DNA from: a virus
Lineage: Duplodnaviria; Caudoviricetes
Virus record (IMG/VR): IMGVR_UViG_3300014208_000023
Span: 64,001 to 128,000 of that record
Length of the DNA stretch: 64,000 nucleotides
Direction: 5' to 3' (one strand)
Shown: positions 26,684 through 36,391 of the stretch, piece after piece
Position numbering within the stretch: position 1 is the stretch's first letter
Layout of the letters: the number at the start of each line of letters is the position of its first letter
Notes under the pieces: generated by a model
Database searches by the model: none
The model's input: only the letters and a program-made list of their open reading frames with translations
Told to the model about the DNA's origin: nothing
Made by a program: the position numbers and the translations under genes

Positions 26684-26893
26684 ATGCATAAATATACGAT
26701 TTGGGGTGCCGATATTAGTTCCGACCAAGAACTAGATTTAGATAATGAAGATGTTAAGCGTCAGCTTATAGAGGCTAAAGTTGAAATAGATAAAGAGGGA
26801 GTAGTTACTACCAGATTTATTATAATAGACGGAATGCTATACGCTCATTGCGATGATGATGGATCCGTATTTGCTACAATTTTTAAAGGATAA
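26684..26893 (+). CDS. hypothetical protein
   Basis: Operon context. Confidence 0.55.
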   Translation: MHKYTIWGADISSDQELDLDNEDVKRQLIEAKVEIDKEGVVTTRFIIIDGMLYAHCDDDGSVFATIFKG

Positions 26894-26894
26894 A

Positions 26895-27062
26895 ATGATT
26901 GAGTCAGATGAGGAAATTAAGAATCCTATTTGTCATAAATGTCAGAAAAAAGAGGGAGCTCTTTTTACATACAACCCATACATATGGGCTATAATGAATA
27001 AAAAAACAGAAGAAAAATGGTGGTGCATAGGATGCCACATGGACGCATCGGAGTCAATATGA
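26895..27062 (+). CDS. small Zn-finger protein
   Basis: CHKC and CIGC; AAGGA SD. Confidence 0.55.
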   Translation: MIESDEEIKNPICHKCQKKEGALFTYNPYIWAIMNKKTEEKWWCIGCHMDASESI

Positions 27063-27244
27063 ATGAGGCTTTGCATAATTTCATCCAGCGCACATTAATT
27101 CAGCCAGAATATCGCAACCGTAATTCAGCTAGAGATTATGAATTTCGTCTTCATTCTGGTGAAGAAGAGTTTAAACCAATGGAAATGAGTTATGTAGTTA
27201 ATCAAGCTATTCCAATGTATAGAATAAAGGAAATTATAAAATGA
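27059..27244 (+). CDS. hypothetical protein
   Basis: GGAG SD before MNEALH. Confidence 0.55.
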   Translation: MNEALHNFIQRTLIQPEYRNRNSARDYEFRLHSGEEEFKPMEMSYVVNQAIPMYRIKEIIK

Positions 27245-27546
27245 AAGAAAAGAAAAGTCCAAGTCTGCCATATCAAGGATTTTCTAGTCCAAATAGAATA
27301 ATGGGCCTATTGGTTCCAGCTTGGACTCTTGGTTTTGAAAAAGGCGGGTGGCGATGCAGGGATTGCTTTATGAGAGTTGAGCCTAATTCTTATTTGCCTG
27401 GTCCAAAAGAAAGAATGGTAGCGCCTTTTGATGAAGAGGTCCTATGTCCAGTTTGCAGTTCTTTTGTTAAGGAGCCTACCAAGAAAATGACTAAAGAAGA
27501 AATAGGGAATAAAAAAGAAGAAATAAGAAATAGGATTGGTAAATGA
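27241..27546 (+). CDS. Zn-finger protein
   Basis: CRDC and CPVC. Confidence 0.6.
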   Translation: MKEKKSPSLPYQGFSSPNRIMGLLVPAWTLGFEKGGWRCRDCFMRVEPNSYLPGPKERMVAPFDEEVLCPVCSSFVKEPTKKMTKEEIGNKKEEIRNRIGK

Positions 27547-27992
27547 TTTTATTAGACATTAAAGATATGAATGTTGATGGGCCAGACAATGAAGGAAAAT
27601 ATACAGTATCTTACGGGCCGATATCTATGTTTTTCTATCCGTCACAGTTTAAAAACAAAACTACTATGGAAGCCACAGGATTTATAGCCGACGCTCTAAC
27701 TAGAATGATTGAAAAAAATAAAATAGAGGTGGCCTCAGAATTGCTTACAAGTAAAATGTCTGGATTACTGCAGGAGCCAAATAAAACTGCCGCGAATATA
27801 ACGCCAAGACAGGCAATAGAAAATATGTCGGTAGGACACTCTATGTCGGTAAATGATTTTGTTGCGCTATTTTTCAAAAACCCATACGGGCCAAGCGAAT
27901 CTCGACGAGCAATTCTTGAGATGAAAGAAGAAGGGTTTTTAGATTTAGATAATATTGGCATGATGACCAGATGCGATAGGTTTAAAAAATGA
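27543..27992 (+). CDS. hypothetical protein
   Basis: Coupled ORF. Confidence 0.6.
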   Translation: MILLDIKDMNVDGPDNEGKYTVSYGPISMFFYPSQFKNKTTMEATGFIADALTRMIEKNKIEVASELLTSKMSGLLQEPNKTAANITPRQAIENMSVGHSMSVNDFVALFFKNPYGPSESRRAILEMKEEGFLDLDNIGMMTRCDRFKK

Positions 27993-28222
27993 TAGGCAAT
28001 GAGATTAAAGATGATGAATATTATGATCTAGTTCCAGATGCAAAATCTGGCATTGAAGGTTATTGGGAAGGCAAAATAAAACAAGCCGGTATATTTGCGG
28101 ATTGCGTTGAAGCCAAAGATGTTTGGTATGAATGGAATATGGCGATAGGATGTGAGCACGCTGACGATGAGGCGGACGAATGTATTAACGAAAATACTGA
28201 TTTAAGTGGTTGGACCATATGA
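27989..28222 (+). CDS. acidic hypothetical protein
   Basis: Coupled ORF. Confidence 0.55.
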   Translation: MIGNEIKDDEYYDLVPDAKSGIEGYWEGKIKQAGIFADCVEAKDVWYEWNMAIGCEHADDEADECINENTDLSGWTI

Positions 28223-28491
28223 GCATAATGATTGAGCAGAAAATAAAAAGATTTAGCGTTTATGTTACGTCATTATCATGTGGCTTTCATATGAATTGCT
28301 GTAGCCTATTAACTCTTGAGGATGCTAAGAAAATTCTTTGTCATTATGGTAAAATGATCGGTGTTCAGTGGGTAATGGATTCAAAAATTAAAAAAGATAA
28401 TAAATGTTGCATAGCATATTTAGGATCGGCCACTTCCAAATGTTGGCCTGACTACGGATATACAGCATCCATATATGAGAATATATTATGA
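28219..28491 (+). CDS. hypothetical protein
   Basis: Coupled ORF. Confidence 0.5.
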   Translation: MSIMIEQKIKRFSVYVTSLSCGFHMNCCSLLTLEDAKKILCHYGKMIGVQWVMDSKIKKDNKCCIAYLGSATSKCWPDYGYTASIYENIL

Positions 28492-28550
28492 ATGAGTAAG
28501 GGCAATAGAAGTTAAGATAGAACTATAGGCCAATATTTTTGTATATAGTT

Positions 28551-29699
28551 ATGAGACTAAAAGACATTAGTAACCAAAAGTTTGGAAAATTGACAGCAAT
28601 TGAACGCGTTGTGAAAAATAACACAACATATTGGAAATGTTTATGTGATTGTGGAGCTTGGACTACGGTTAGGATGTCTGATTTAACTAGAACCAAAAGA
28701 GCCGGAACAAAATCTTGTGGATGTTTTTCTTCACCAGATTTAGTTGGAAAAAAATTTGGCAGATTAACTGTATTAAATCAAACAGAAAAACCCAACAAAA
28801 AACTAACTGGAAGTAGTTTTTGGTGGTCTTGCAAATGTGATTGTGGAAAAATTATTGCTACAAATACTAACTCTTTAAATCGAGGACATACGCTATCTTG
28901 TGGGTGTTATAATCGAGAAAAAGTATCTCAAGCAAACTCACATACAAATCGTGATAATAGCATAAAAGCTTCGGCGGCTGATTGTTATCAGTCATATAAA
29001 ACAAACAACAAAAATGACAGCATATCATTTGCAAATTTTATAAAAATAAGCCAACGGCCTTGTTTTTATTGTGGAGTTACTGGATACAATAGATTCAATA
29101 AATTTCTAAATAGAGAAAAATACGGTTTTTGGGCCAGTAAGTTTTCCAAAGAAAACGGATATTTTATCTATAATGGATTAGATAGGGTAGATAATAGTAA
29201 GGACCATACAATCGATAATATTGTTTCTTGTTGCAAAATATGTAATATATTTAAATTGGACAGAAAACTGGAAGAAGTAAATTTACATTTCGACAAATTA
29301 ATACTGCGACCAAAATTCGCTACCGTCAGCATTTCAACTGAAATTCCAAATAGCGAAATGGGTGCGAAAATAAAAAATAAAATTAATAATTACAAACAAA
29401 AATCCAAAGAAAGAAAAATACAGCTATCACTGACTGATAGTCAAATTATCGTTCTAATTAAAAGTAATTGCAACTATTGTGATCGGCCGGCCGATCTCGA
29501 TCAAGGAAAATTCAATGGAATTGATAGGGTAAATAATGAAATACATTATACTCTAGATAATTGCGTTTCTTGTTGTAAATATTGTAACGCTGCTAAAAAC
29601 AATCTACCTATTAATGAATTCATTAGTTGGATTGAAAAAATTCATAACTTTAAACAAACAAGATTAAAAAATATAGAAGATTTTTTGAAAGCAAAATAA
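28551..29699 (+). CDS. double-module HNH homing endonuclease-like protein
   Basis: Two FGKL/FGRL..CxCxCG units and two CxYC..NG[LI]DRV[DN]N..NxVSCCxxCN units; abuts thyA. Confidence 0.75.
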   Translation: MRLKDISNQKFGKLTAIERVVKNNTTYWKCLCDCGAWTTVRMSDLTRTKRAGTKSCGCFSSPDLVGKKFGRLTVLNQTEKPNKKLTGSSFWWSCKCDCGKIIATNTNSLNRGHTLSCGCYNREKVSQANSHTNRDNSIKASAADCYQSYKTNNKNDSISFANFIKISQRPCFYCGVTGYNRFNKFLNREKYGFWASKFSKENGYFIYNGLDRVDNSKDHTIDNIVSCCKICNIFKLDRKLEEVNLHFDKLILRPKFATVSISTEIPNSEMGAKIKNKINNYKQKSKERKIQLSLTDSQIIVLIKSNCNYCDRPADLDQGKFNGIDRVNNEIHYTLDNCVSCCKYCNAAKNNLPINEFISWIEKIHNFKQTRLKNIEDFLKAK

Positions 29700-30569
29700 A
29701 TGTATATTCTTCAAGATTACGATAAAACATTAGAAAAAATAATTACTGAAGGAGTTAGACTGCCTAACCGCACGGGAACAGACTGCCTGGCTATTCACGG
29801 TATGACTTGCCGCTATCGTATCGACGAGCGTTTTCCTATTCCAACAAAAAGAAAAGCGTTTTACAAATCTATCTTTGCAGAACTTCTTTGGATGCTTTCA
29901 GGCTCTACCAATGCGAATGAGCTAAATGCGCTTGGATCCAAGATTTGGGATTTCTGGAAAGATCCAGAATTTGAGAAGAAAAATGGATATCGTGATGGCG
30001 ATCTTGGCCCTATATATGGTCACTCTTTTCGACATTATGGGGCCCCCTATTGGTTGAAGGCTAACTATGGCGACCCAGGAATTGATATGGGATTTGATCA
30101 AATTAGTTATTTGATTAATGAGTTGAAAATAAATAAGTTTTCTAGAAGAGCACTTATTAATTTATGGGACCCTCGCGTAATGACGACTAATGAAGTAAAG
30201 TTACCGACTTGTCATTATGCCTTCCAAATACTGGTCGATAATGAAAATAGAATGACAGGCATATTGACGCAAAGAAGTGGTGACTGGCTTCCTGGCGTTA
30301 GTGCTAATATATTTTTCTATTCAGCTTTTATGTATATGATTGGTCAGCAAACAGGATATATTCCGTATGAATTGGTTCATAATGTTGGATCGGCTCATGT
30401 TTATGTTAATCAAATTGATGCTGCAAAGGAGTATCTCGCCCGCCCGGAAATTGATTCGCCAAAACTAAATTTGAAAATGGCTAATAATATTTTTGAATAT
30501 GGGCTTGATAATTTCGTGGTGGAAAACTATAATCATGGGGATCCAATCAAGGTCCCCATAGCAATTTAG
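29700..30569 (+). CDS. thyA: thymidylate synthase
   Basis: NRTG, ELLWMLSG, DLGPIYG, LPTCH, QRSGD, Asn in SANI, HVY. Confidence 0.92.
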   Translation: MYILQDYDKTLEKIITEGVRLPNRTGTDCLAIHGMTCRYRIDERFPIPTKRKAFYKSIFAELLWMLSGSTNANELNALGSKIWDFWKDPEFEKKNGYRDGDLGPIYGHSFRHYGAPYWLKANYGDPGIDMGFDQISYLINELKINKFSRRALINLWDPRVMTTNEVKLPTCHYAFQILVDNENRMTGILTQRSGDWLPGVSANIFFYSAFMYMIGQQTGYIPYELVHNVGSAHVYVNQIDAAKEYLARPEIDSPKLNLKMANNIFEYGLDNFVVENYNHGDPIKVPIAI

Positions 30570-30579
30570 GAGATATAAT

Positions 30580-30831
30580 ATGAATGAAAATATTTGGTTA
30601 CAAAATGTAAATTGTAAAATTTGTGGAAAAGAATATAAAATACCTACTTCCAAAATAAAACCACACTGGATAACTACACTTCAAGGCTATGAGAAAAGAC
30701 AACAAAAGGCATTAAAAAATTTTTATATTGAATGCGAAACAGAAGGGTGCGAGGCGCATAATGAAATTATGTTAGAAGATGTGCCTAAAGAATTATGGGA
30801 TGCTATAAAAAATAAACAAGGCAAAGGATGA
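30580..30831 (+). CDS. small Zn-binding protein
   Basis: CKICG and CETEGC; AGGAG SD. Confidence 0.6.
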   Translation: MNENIWLQNVNCKICGKEYKIPTSKIKPHWITTLQGYEKRQQKALKNFYIECETEGCEAHNEIMLEDVPKELWDAIKNKQGKG

Positions 30832-31043
30832 TTATGTATGTAATAATGGAAAAGAAAAATAACGGTAAATGCTTATCATTCACAAAAGAAGATTTAAAAC
30901 AAGAAAACGCAATATGGGTTATGGGTGATATGTTACAAAATATAGATATTATTCGCAATGAATCTCCACAAATATTACAGCCTTTTATTGAAAAATTTGG
31001 CGGAGTATTACATAAAGTTCCTGATATAATGGTAAAAATGTAA
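30828..31043 (+). CDS. hypothetical protein
   Basis: Coupled ORF. Confidence 0.55.
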   Translation: MIMYVIMEKKNNGKCLSFTKEDLKQENAIWVMGDMLQNIDIIRNESPQILQPFIEKFGGVLHKVPDIMVKM

Positions 31044-31237
31044 TGATTTACAGTGATCCTTTTGAACTGCCAGAGGCATCATATCGTTTCGCGTCCCATA
31101 AAGAATGTTTTGATATACATGGCCAAGCAGCTGTTCATGTAGAAAGATTAGTCGATAATGTTTGGGTTGGCATTGGTTATAGCGAATCAATAAGGGTTTA
31201 TAATACTCATTTGGATATAGTCAAGAAAAACTCTTGA
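31043..31237 (+). CDS. hypothetical protein
   Basis: Coupled ORF. Confidence 0.55.
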   Translation: MIYSDPFELPEASYRFASHKECFDIHGQAAVHVERLVDNVWVGIGYSESIRVYNTHLDIVKKNS

Positions 31238-31261
31238 CAGCGTGCCTCCGAGTGTTATATT
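31234..31261 (+). promoter_or_regulatory. sigma70 promoter TTGACA-N16-TATATT with extended TG
   Basis: Read directly; 16 nt upstream of ATG 31278. Confidence 0.7.
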
Positions 31262-31277
31262 GCACTCGAAGGTCCAA

Positions 31278-31589
31278 ATGAGTAAGTCTGAACTTCTAAA
31301 ATCGATAGCGGATAACGTTCGCAGAAAACATCCTTGGAAAATTTCTCAGGAAAAATACGTTAAATCCTTTGGAGAATTGCCAAAGGAATATCTGCAAGAA
31401 CGTCAAGCATATGATAGTCTTTTAGAAAAATCTAAAGGATACGTATTGCTTAATCTTGTTCTATCCGAAGTTAAGCTAGAGATAAGGCTAAACCTTGACC
31501 AACTTATAGCGTGGGAAATAGCGCGTAATGAAGAAGCTGGGCCACATAACATTTTACCAAACGATATAAAGAAATTATTAAATGATTGA
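31278..31589 (+). CDS. hypothetical protein
   Basis: Start MSKSELL after promoter and AAGG. Confidence 0.65.
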   Translation: MSKSELLKSIADNVRRKHPWKISQEKYVKSFGELPKEYLQERQAYDSLLEKSKGYVLLNLVLSEVKLEIRLNLDQLIAWEIARNEEAGPHNILPNDIKKLLND

Positions 31590-31815
31590 AAAACCAATAG
31601 TTAAAATATCTAGTAAAAATTTCAAGTGCCATTACTATGTTGATGGCAGTGGAGAATTTGAAATAAAACACAAATCCAAATACTTCTATTATAGAGAGGA
31701 TGCTTTGCTTAAACATCATATAGAAGATTTGAAAGAAGAAATTGCTTTAAGAAAAGAGCAACTTTCACTAATGAAGAGTGGTCTTTCTACACTAAAGAAA
31801 ATCAAATTAAAATGA
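31582..31815 (+). CDS. hypothetical protein
   Basis: Coupled ORF. Confidence 0.55.
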   Translation: MIEKPIVKISSKNFKCHYYVDGSGEFEIKHKSKYFYYREDALLKHHIEDLKEEIALRKEQLSLMKSGLSTLKKIKLK

Positions 31816-32141
31816 ATAATAATATCAAAATTTATCATCAAGACGCAGATGATTTATCCAAAAACAATATTAAAGTAATTAATAATATTCGCTCAAATAC
31901 GGATATTGATTTAGCCAACCAATTGCTAGCTCAATCATATTTATTTCTTAATGCTTATAGGCGCAACTGCCTGAACTTTGATGAAGGAGTTTCATTCTCG
32001 TGTCTTTGGTGCAAAGGATGTGAAGGCTGTAAATCAGATGATGGTTATTGTAGCCAATATTGCCTACATGCCAACGATTGTAAATTTAGTGAATTTTTCG
32101 TAGAAAAACTTGAAAAGAATTTTAAAAATAAGGATAAATAA
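31812..32141 (+). CDS. Cys-rich hypothetical protein
   Basis: Coupled ORF. Confidence 0.55.
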   Translation: MNNNIKIYHQDADDLSKNNIKVINNIRSNTDIDLANQLLAQSYLFLNAYRRNCLNFDEGVSFSCLWCKGCEGCKSDDGYCSQYCLHANDCKFSEFFVEKLEKNFKNKDK

Positions 32142-32142
32142 A

Positions 32143-32418
32143 ATGAATCATAACATAGGCGATGTAGTTAGATTAAAAAGTGGCGGACCAAAGATGACGA
32201 TAGATACCGTTAATTATGCGGGTCATAGCGGACTCGTAAGATGCGTATGGTTTTCCGAAAATGAGGTTCGTTATGATAATTTCTCAAAAGAATCATTAGA
32301 ACTAGTTGTTCCAGAAAAAATACATGTAATTCCTTATAGGGGAAATTCTTATGGCGGGCATCCTGTTGGGTGCAATATGATCTTTCCAGATTATGATGAT
32401 AGAAATGATTTGTTATGA
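32143..32418 (+). CDS. YodC/DUF2158-like protein
   Basis: IGDVVRLKSGGPKMTI...CVWF. Confidence 0.75.
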   Translation: MNHNIGDVVRLKSGGPKMTIDTVNYAGHSGLVRCVWFSENEVRYDNFSKESLELVVPEKIHVIPYRGNSYGGHPVGCNMIFPDYDDRNDLL

Positions 32419-32747
32419 CATACAAAATTAAAGAAATATATGATCCAAAAGTATTGGATATGTTTGCGGAGGACAAATTGAATTGGCTAGATAAATACAA
32501 TGAAATTATGGCAGATGAATATAGAGATAATTTTGGGCACAATACCGAATTTGATTTCCTTCCGCAATTCAAAAAGATAGAGAAGCTTGGTGGAGAAATT
32601 ACTATAGTTGATGGTGACACGATTAAAATTCATTTGCCGAAGAAGGCCGAAGAACTATTACTATTCATAATCAATAATCTTCCTGGAGCAACTAACGCAA
32701 AGTTCAATAAGAAAAAGCAGGAATTAACCTTGGAGTGGCATTACTGA
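32415..32747 (+). CDS. hypothetical protein
   Basis: Coupled ORF. Confidence 0.6.
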   Translation: MTYKIKEIYDPKVLDMFAEDKLNWLDKYNEIMADEYRDNFGHNTEFDFLPQFKKIEKLGGEITIVDGDTIKIHLPKKAEELLLFIINNLPGATNAKFNKKKQELTLEWHY

Positions 32748-32950
32748 TGAGACATATAGACGTATTGATAAACACAAAGCCTGAACTATATATTGGTAGC
32801 AAAGCTATTCTTTGCGAAAATAACTCATCTGTATTCGTAACTATTTTAGGAGCAACGAGACACTCTGCCACTATACGTCATTCAAATGGTCAGCTTCAGA
32901 AAACCTCTTGGGGCAAGTTATTAGTTGATAATGATTTAAAGGATAAATGA
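32747..32950 (+). CDS. hypothetical protein
   Basis: Coupled ORF. Confidence 0.5.
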   Translation: MRHIDVLINTKPELYIGSKAILCENNSSVFVTILGATRHSATIRHSNGQLQKTSWGKLLVDNDLKDK

Positions 32951-33120
32951 ATAACGAGCATTCAAAAGAAAATAAGGAATCACAAGTACCTTTAATTTAC
33001 TACGTAAGATTGGCAGACCATGTTGCTGAATTAATGCAACAAGGTCTTCTTGATGGCGGAGAGTTTTATGGATTATACAGCGCTATGGAAGAAGTGGATC
33101 CATATTGGAGAACAAGATGA
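32947..33120 (+). CDS. 57-aa protein (not in ORF track)
   Basis: MNNEHSKENKESQVPLIYY...; coupled at both ends. Confidence 0.5.
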   Translation: MNNEHSKENKESQVPLIYYVRLADHVAELMQQGLLDGGEFYGLYSAMEEVDPYWRTR

Positions 33121-33443
33121 CCGAACGTGACCAGACTTCAGGTATAGACCGAAGCATAAGGTGTGATATATGCGGAGTATCAAGTGGATACGGTGATTCA
33201 AGAGAGCCATGGGAATGCTTTAACAATGTCAATCCGAAACCTTTCCGTTGTGAGACTTGTGTTAAGGCCGTTAAGGACGCTACTGAGCAAAGGGCCAACT
33301 CCTTATATCCAACTATAACGTTTCCTACCAAAGCAGCGGCCGAAGAATATGATAGACATATGAAAAGCATTGGATTTTATAAAATGTATGGCGGCCCAAC
33401 GTTAAGCCATGATGAAGTGAAAAAACGAAGATTTAAAAAATGA
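33117..33443 (+). CDS. Zn-finger protein, paralog of 59675..59875
   Basis: CDIC...RCETCVKAVKDATEQR. Confidence 0.6.
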   Translation: MTERDQTSGIDRSIRCDICGVSSGYGDSREPWECFNNVNPKPFRCETCVKAVKDATEQRANSLYPTITFPTKAAAEEYDRHMKSIGFYKMYGGPTLSHDEVKKRRFKK

Positions 33444-34327
33444 TCAATATCATATACAACATGGAGACTGCAGATCCAGACGATGCATTTACACTATGTA
33501 TGCTATATAGTCATCCCAAAGTAAATCTTGTTGGGGTTACAATCACTCCAGGATCATTACAGCAAGTCAATCTGGTAGAAGATCTTTTAGCGAGACTTGG
33601 AAAAAATATTCCTATTGGGGTGAAAAATTTTAATCATCCTAAGTCATGTGTTTCAGAGTTTCATTATAAATGGCTTCGTGATTATCTGTCGCTAAAAGAA
33701 TACTATGAAGCTCCTCCTGATGGAGGAGATCTAATCGCCGCCGCCATCAAGCAACATGGAGATACTAAAATTGTGTCTGGAGCAGGCCTAGGCTGTGTTG
33801 CTCAATATCTTACAAAATACAATACAGAACTTGATGAGGTAGTTATTCAGGGTGGCTTTGCTGGCGACAATGTTGTTCCAGAAGAATTGCGTCTAGCCAA
33901 GTTCAATGGCAAGACTACATGTCCCACATTCAACCTTAATGCCGATGTTGAGGCAGCGAAACTAATTGCATCTACCAAGCAAATTAAGAAGAAGCTATTT
34001 GTTTCCAAGAATGTTTGCCACGGTATCATATACGATAATGAAATGCACGAACGCATTAAACCTCATCGTCATAACAATGTTGGGTTAGACTTGTTGGTTG
34101 ATGGTATGGATTTTTATCTCAATAAAAATAAGCACGGAAAAGCTTTTCACGATCCTCTAGCGGCCTGTGTTGCTATTGATCAAAGCATTGTTACGTTTAA
34201 AGAAGTTGAGATATATAGGGAACGAGGCGAGTGGGGAGCTAGGCTGGCTGACGGCACTAATACGTTTATTAGTATTGCCGTTGATAGGCCGGCATTTGAA
34301 AACATTCTAATTGGTAAGGGAAGATAA
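33440..34327 (+). CDS. inosine/uridine-preferring nucleoside hydrolase family
   Basis: METADPDD N-terminal motif, IQGG, TFNL, HDPLA. Confidence 0.75.
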   Translation: MINIIYNMETADPDDAFTLCMLYSHPKVNLVGVTITPGSLQQVNLVEDLLARLGKNIPIGVKNFNHPKSCVSEFHYKWLRDYLSLKEYYEAPPDGGDLIAAAIKQHGDTKIVSGAGLGCVAQYLTKYNTELDEVVIQGGFAGDNVVPEELRLAKFNGKTTCPTFNLNADVEAAKLIASTKQIKKKLFVSKNVCHGIIYDNEMHERIKPHRHNNVGLDLLVDGMDFYLNKNKHGKAFHDPLAACVAIDQSIVTFKEVEIYRERGEWGARLADGTNTFISIAVDRPAFENILIGKGR

Positions 34328-34328
34328 A

Positions 34329-34700
34329 ATGATTGAAATATATGACGGGCCAAAACAATATTATCATACAATCAAATCCGGAATAGATTTGAAAGTTGGA
34401 GAAATTGTTCAATTAGCAGTTGAAAATAATAAGATTGTAATAGATAGATCTGACGGCTCCGTGCCATTAGGATACATTTGTAGAATATTTGATGACGGAC
34501 GAGCCTACGTTGAGTTCCAAAGAAGCATGTTAAGAACTGATATGTATGAACCATCAGAACTTTATGCTATAAATGCAAACCTATATGTATCTAACGGACT
34601 ACTTACCACGCGACGGATAGATAACAATAGGCCAGCAATAGCTATAGTTACGAAACCACCAAGCCCAACCGATCCTAACCTTGGCTGTCTTTGGTTCTAA
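34329..34700 (+). CDS. hypothetical protein, capsid cement/decoration-like
   Basis: RTDMYE...NANLYVS.GLLTTR...RPAIAIVTKPP, recalled similarity only. Confidence 0.5.
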   Translation: MIEIYDGPKQYYHTIKSGIDLKVGEIVQLAVENNKIVIDRSDGSVPLGYICRIFDDGRAYVEFQRSMLRTDMYEPSELYAINANLYVSNGLLTTRRIDNNRPAIAIVTKPPSPTDPNLGCLWF

Positions 34701-34702
34701 AA

Positions 34703-35164
34703 ATGAAAAAAATTATTATTAAATGTAATAGCAAAACAGTTGGGGCTATTGATTCTGCAAACTTTACGGAAACTAGGCCGGCTGATTTTTTTGGGCCCGC
34801 AACAATTAACGGATCGGTAGGTCAGATAAAATTCGATAGCATAAACCTATCTAATACATTTATTAGAGATATTGCTAATCATAATGCCCCATTGCAATTA
34901 GAGTTCGAATATAATAACGCCATACATCAAGTAAAGAATGCTTGGGTTTCTAGCTATACAGTAAATGAAGAACCTAATGGCATTATGGTTGTAGAAAATT
35001 TACGATTTGATTGCGAATCAATGTTTGTTATGAACAAAGAGCAAGACGTATCTATGAGCCGCAAAAACGTTGTTCAGGATATAAAAACAGTTGCCGATAA
35101 AGAACTAGAAATGATAAATAAATTCTCGGCTGCCGTATCAAATCATTATAAGGAAAGTAAATGA
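34703..35164 (+). CDS. hypothetical protein, tail-tube-like
   Basis: IIIKCNSKTVGAI...VKNAWVSSY...VVENLRFDCE, recalled similarity only. Confidence 0.5.
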   Translation: MKKIIIKCNSKTVGAIDSANFTETRPADFFGPATINGSVGQIKFDSINLSNTFIRDIANHNAPLQLEFEYNNAIHQVKNAWVSSYTVNEEPNGIMVVENLRFDCESMFVMNKEQDVSMSRKNVVQDIKTVADKELEMINKFSAAVSNHYKESK

Positions 35165-35646
35165 GCTCAAGAGAAGAAATAAGAAAGTTTATGGACACTG
35201 AGCAATCAATAGTTCAAAAGGCTAAGCGGTATAATCAAGATGTAAAATATCTTCTTGATCAACTGTGGCGTGATGAGCATACTCATGCAGAATGTGAGGC
35301 AAGAATGTATTCGTCTGCCAACGTATCAAACACATTGCAAATAGAATTACTCAGCAAAATTATGGATATTGTAAAAAATGAACGATCTGATGTCTTCGAA
35401 TCTATGGGTGATATGGTAAAGTTAGCCGAATCCAGTCACGAATATACTCACGGCCCTTGGGTTCCGGGACCATTTGATCGAACTGCTGACGGATGGCCAA
35501 AAAATGATATGTGCAAGCGATGTGGTTATACTATTGGATCCGAAGAGTATGGGCTTGATGCTCCTCTATGCCTTAAATCTAGTCTGGCTTTTAGTAAAAT
35601 ACTAAAGTTAGTTGTAGAATACTATATGAGACCATCTGCTTGTTAG
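35161..35646 (+). CDS. hypothetical protein
   Basis: Coupled ORF. Confidence 0.6.
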   Translation: MSSREEIRKFMDTEQSIVQKAKRYNQDVKYLLDQLWRDEHTHAECEARMYSSANVSNTLQIELLSKIMDIVKNERSDVFESMGDMVKLAESSHEYTHGPWVPGPFDRTADGWPKNDMCKRCGYTIGSEEYGLDAPLCLKSSLAFSKILKLVVEYYMRPSAC

Positions 35647-35653
35647 GAACAAA

Positions 35654-36046
35654 ATGAACGAAAAAAATAAAAGAGTAGAATTTCCCACATTTGAATGCTA
35701 TTGGTGTAGAGGGGATGTTGGCGATGGGTCGGTGACTCATGATTGCAAAGAGACGCCAAAACTAAATCTTAAAGAAACGCTAGAAATTCTAAAAGATATG
35801 GCTGAAGATAATCCACTTACTGAGGTGGGAAAAATAGCTAAAGAATTTACTAAAGTTTCTTGGATTAAGATGGATGGCGAATCTGACACGTGCCCAACAT
35901 GCAAAATGGCCACCCTTGAACGCTCGCATGGAGTGGTTATGGGACCGTGGGGAGGATCGGTCCGATGCACCACATGTGACTATAAAGATAGTTTTATGGC
36001 CTACGTTGGACGCAAATGCATAATAGTGGAGCCGATGGATAAATAA
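35654..36046 (+). CDS. multi-CxxC Zn-ribbon protein
   Basis: CYWC, CPTC, CTTC. Confidence 0.6.
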   Translation: MNEKNKRVEFPTFECYWCRGDVGDGSVTHDCKETPKLNLKETLEILKDMAEDNPLTEVGKIAKEFTKVSWIKMDGESDTCPTCKMATLERSHGVVMGPWGGSVRCTTCDYKDSFMAYVGRKCIIVEPMDK

Positions 36047-36148
36047 TGATAACACTTACTGTAATAATAATATCATGTATTCTATTTACGACGGCATATG
36101 GAATATGGGCACAAGAAGAAATTAAGAAATTAAGAAGGGCAATAATAA

Positions 36149-36391
36149 ATGAGCGACAAAACAATAGATGAGGTTCTAGATTTTATACAAGAAAAAATAG
36201 ATAATGCTCATGGTCATAAATGGGATGAATATGAAACCCTAATAACCATTAAAGACTATATAGAAAGCCGTAGGCCAGAGCTTACAAAAGAAGAATTAAA
36301 GCAAATGATGCCTAAAGTAACAATTAAGCCAATTGAAAATACTGGCGTATTTTATGATGACTATCCAGAAGAAGAGACCAATAATGAGTGA
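36149..36391 (+). CDS. hypothetical protein
   Basis: Operon context. Confidence 0.55.
   Translation: MSDKTIDEVLDFIQEKIDNAHGHKWDEYETLITIKDYIESRRPELTKEELKQMMPKVTIKPIENTGVFYDDYPEEETNNE

Noticed and set aside
29700-30569. dCMP hydroxymethylase or intron-split thyA
   Set aside because: The dUMP-specifying Asn is present and the ORF is continuous and normal in length.
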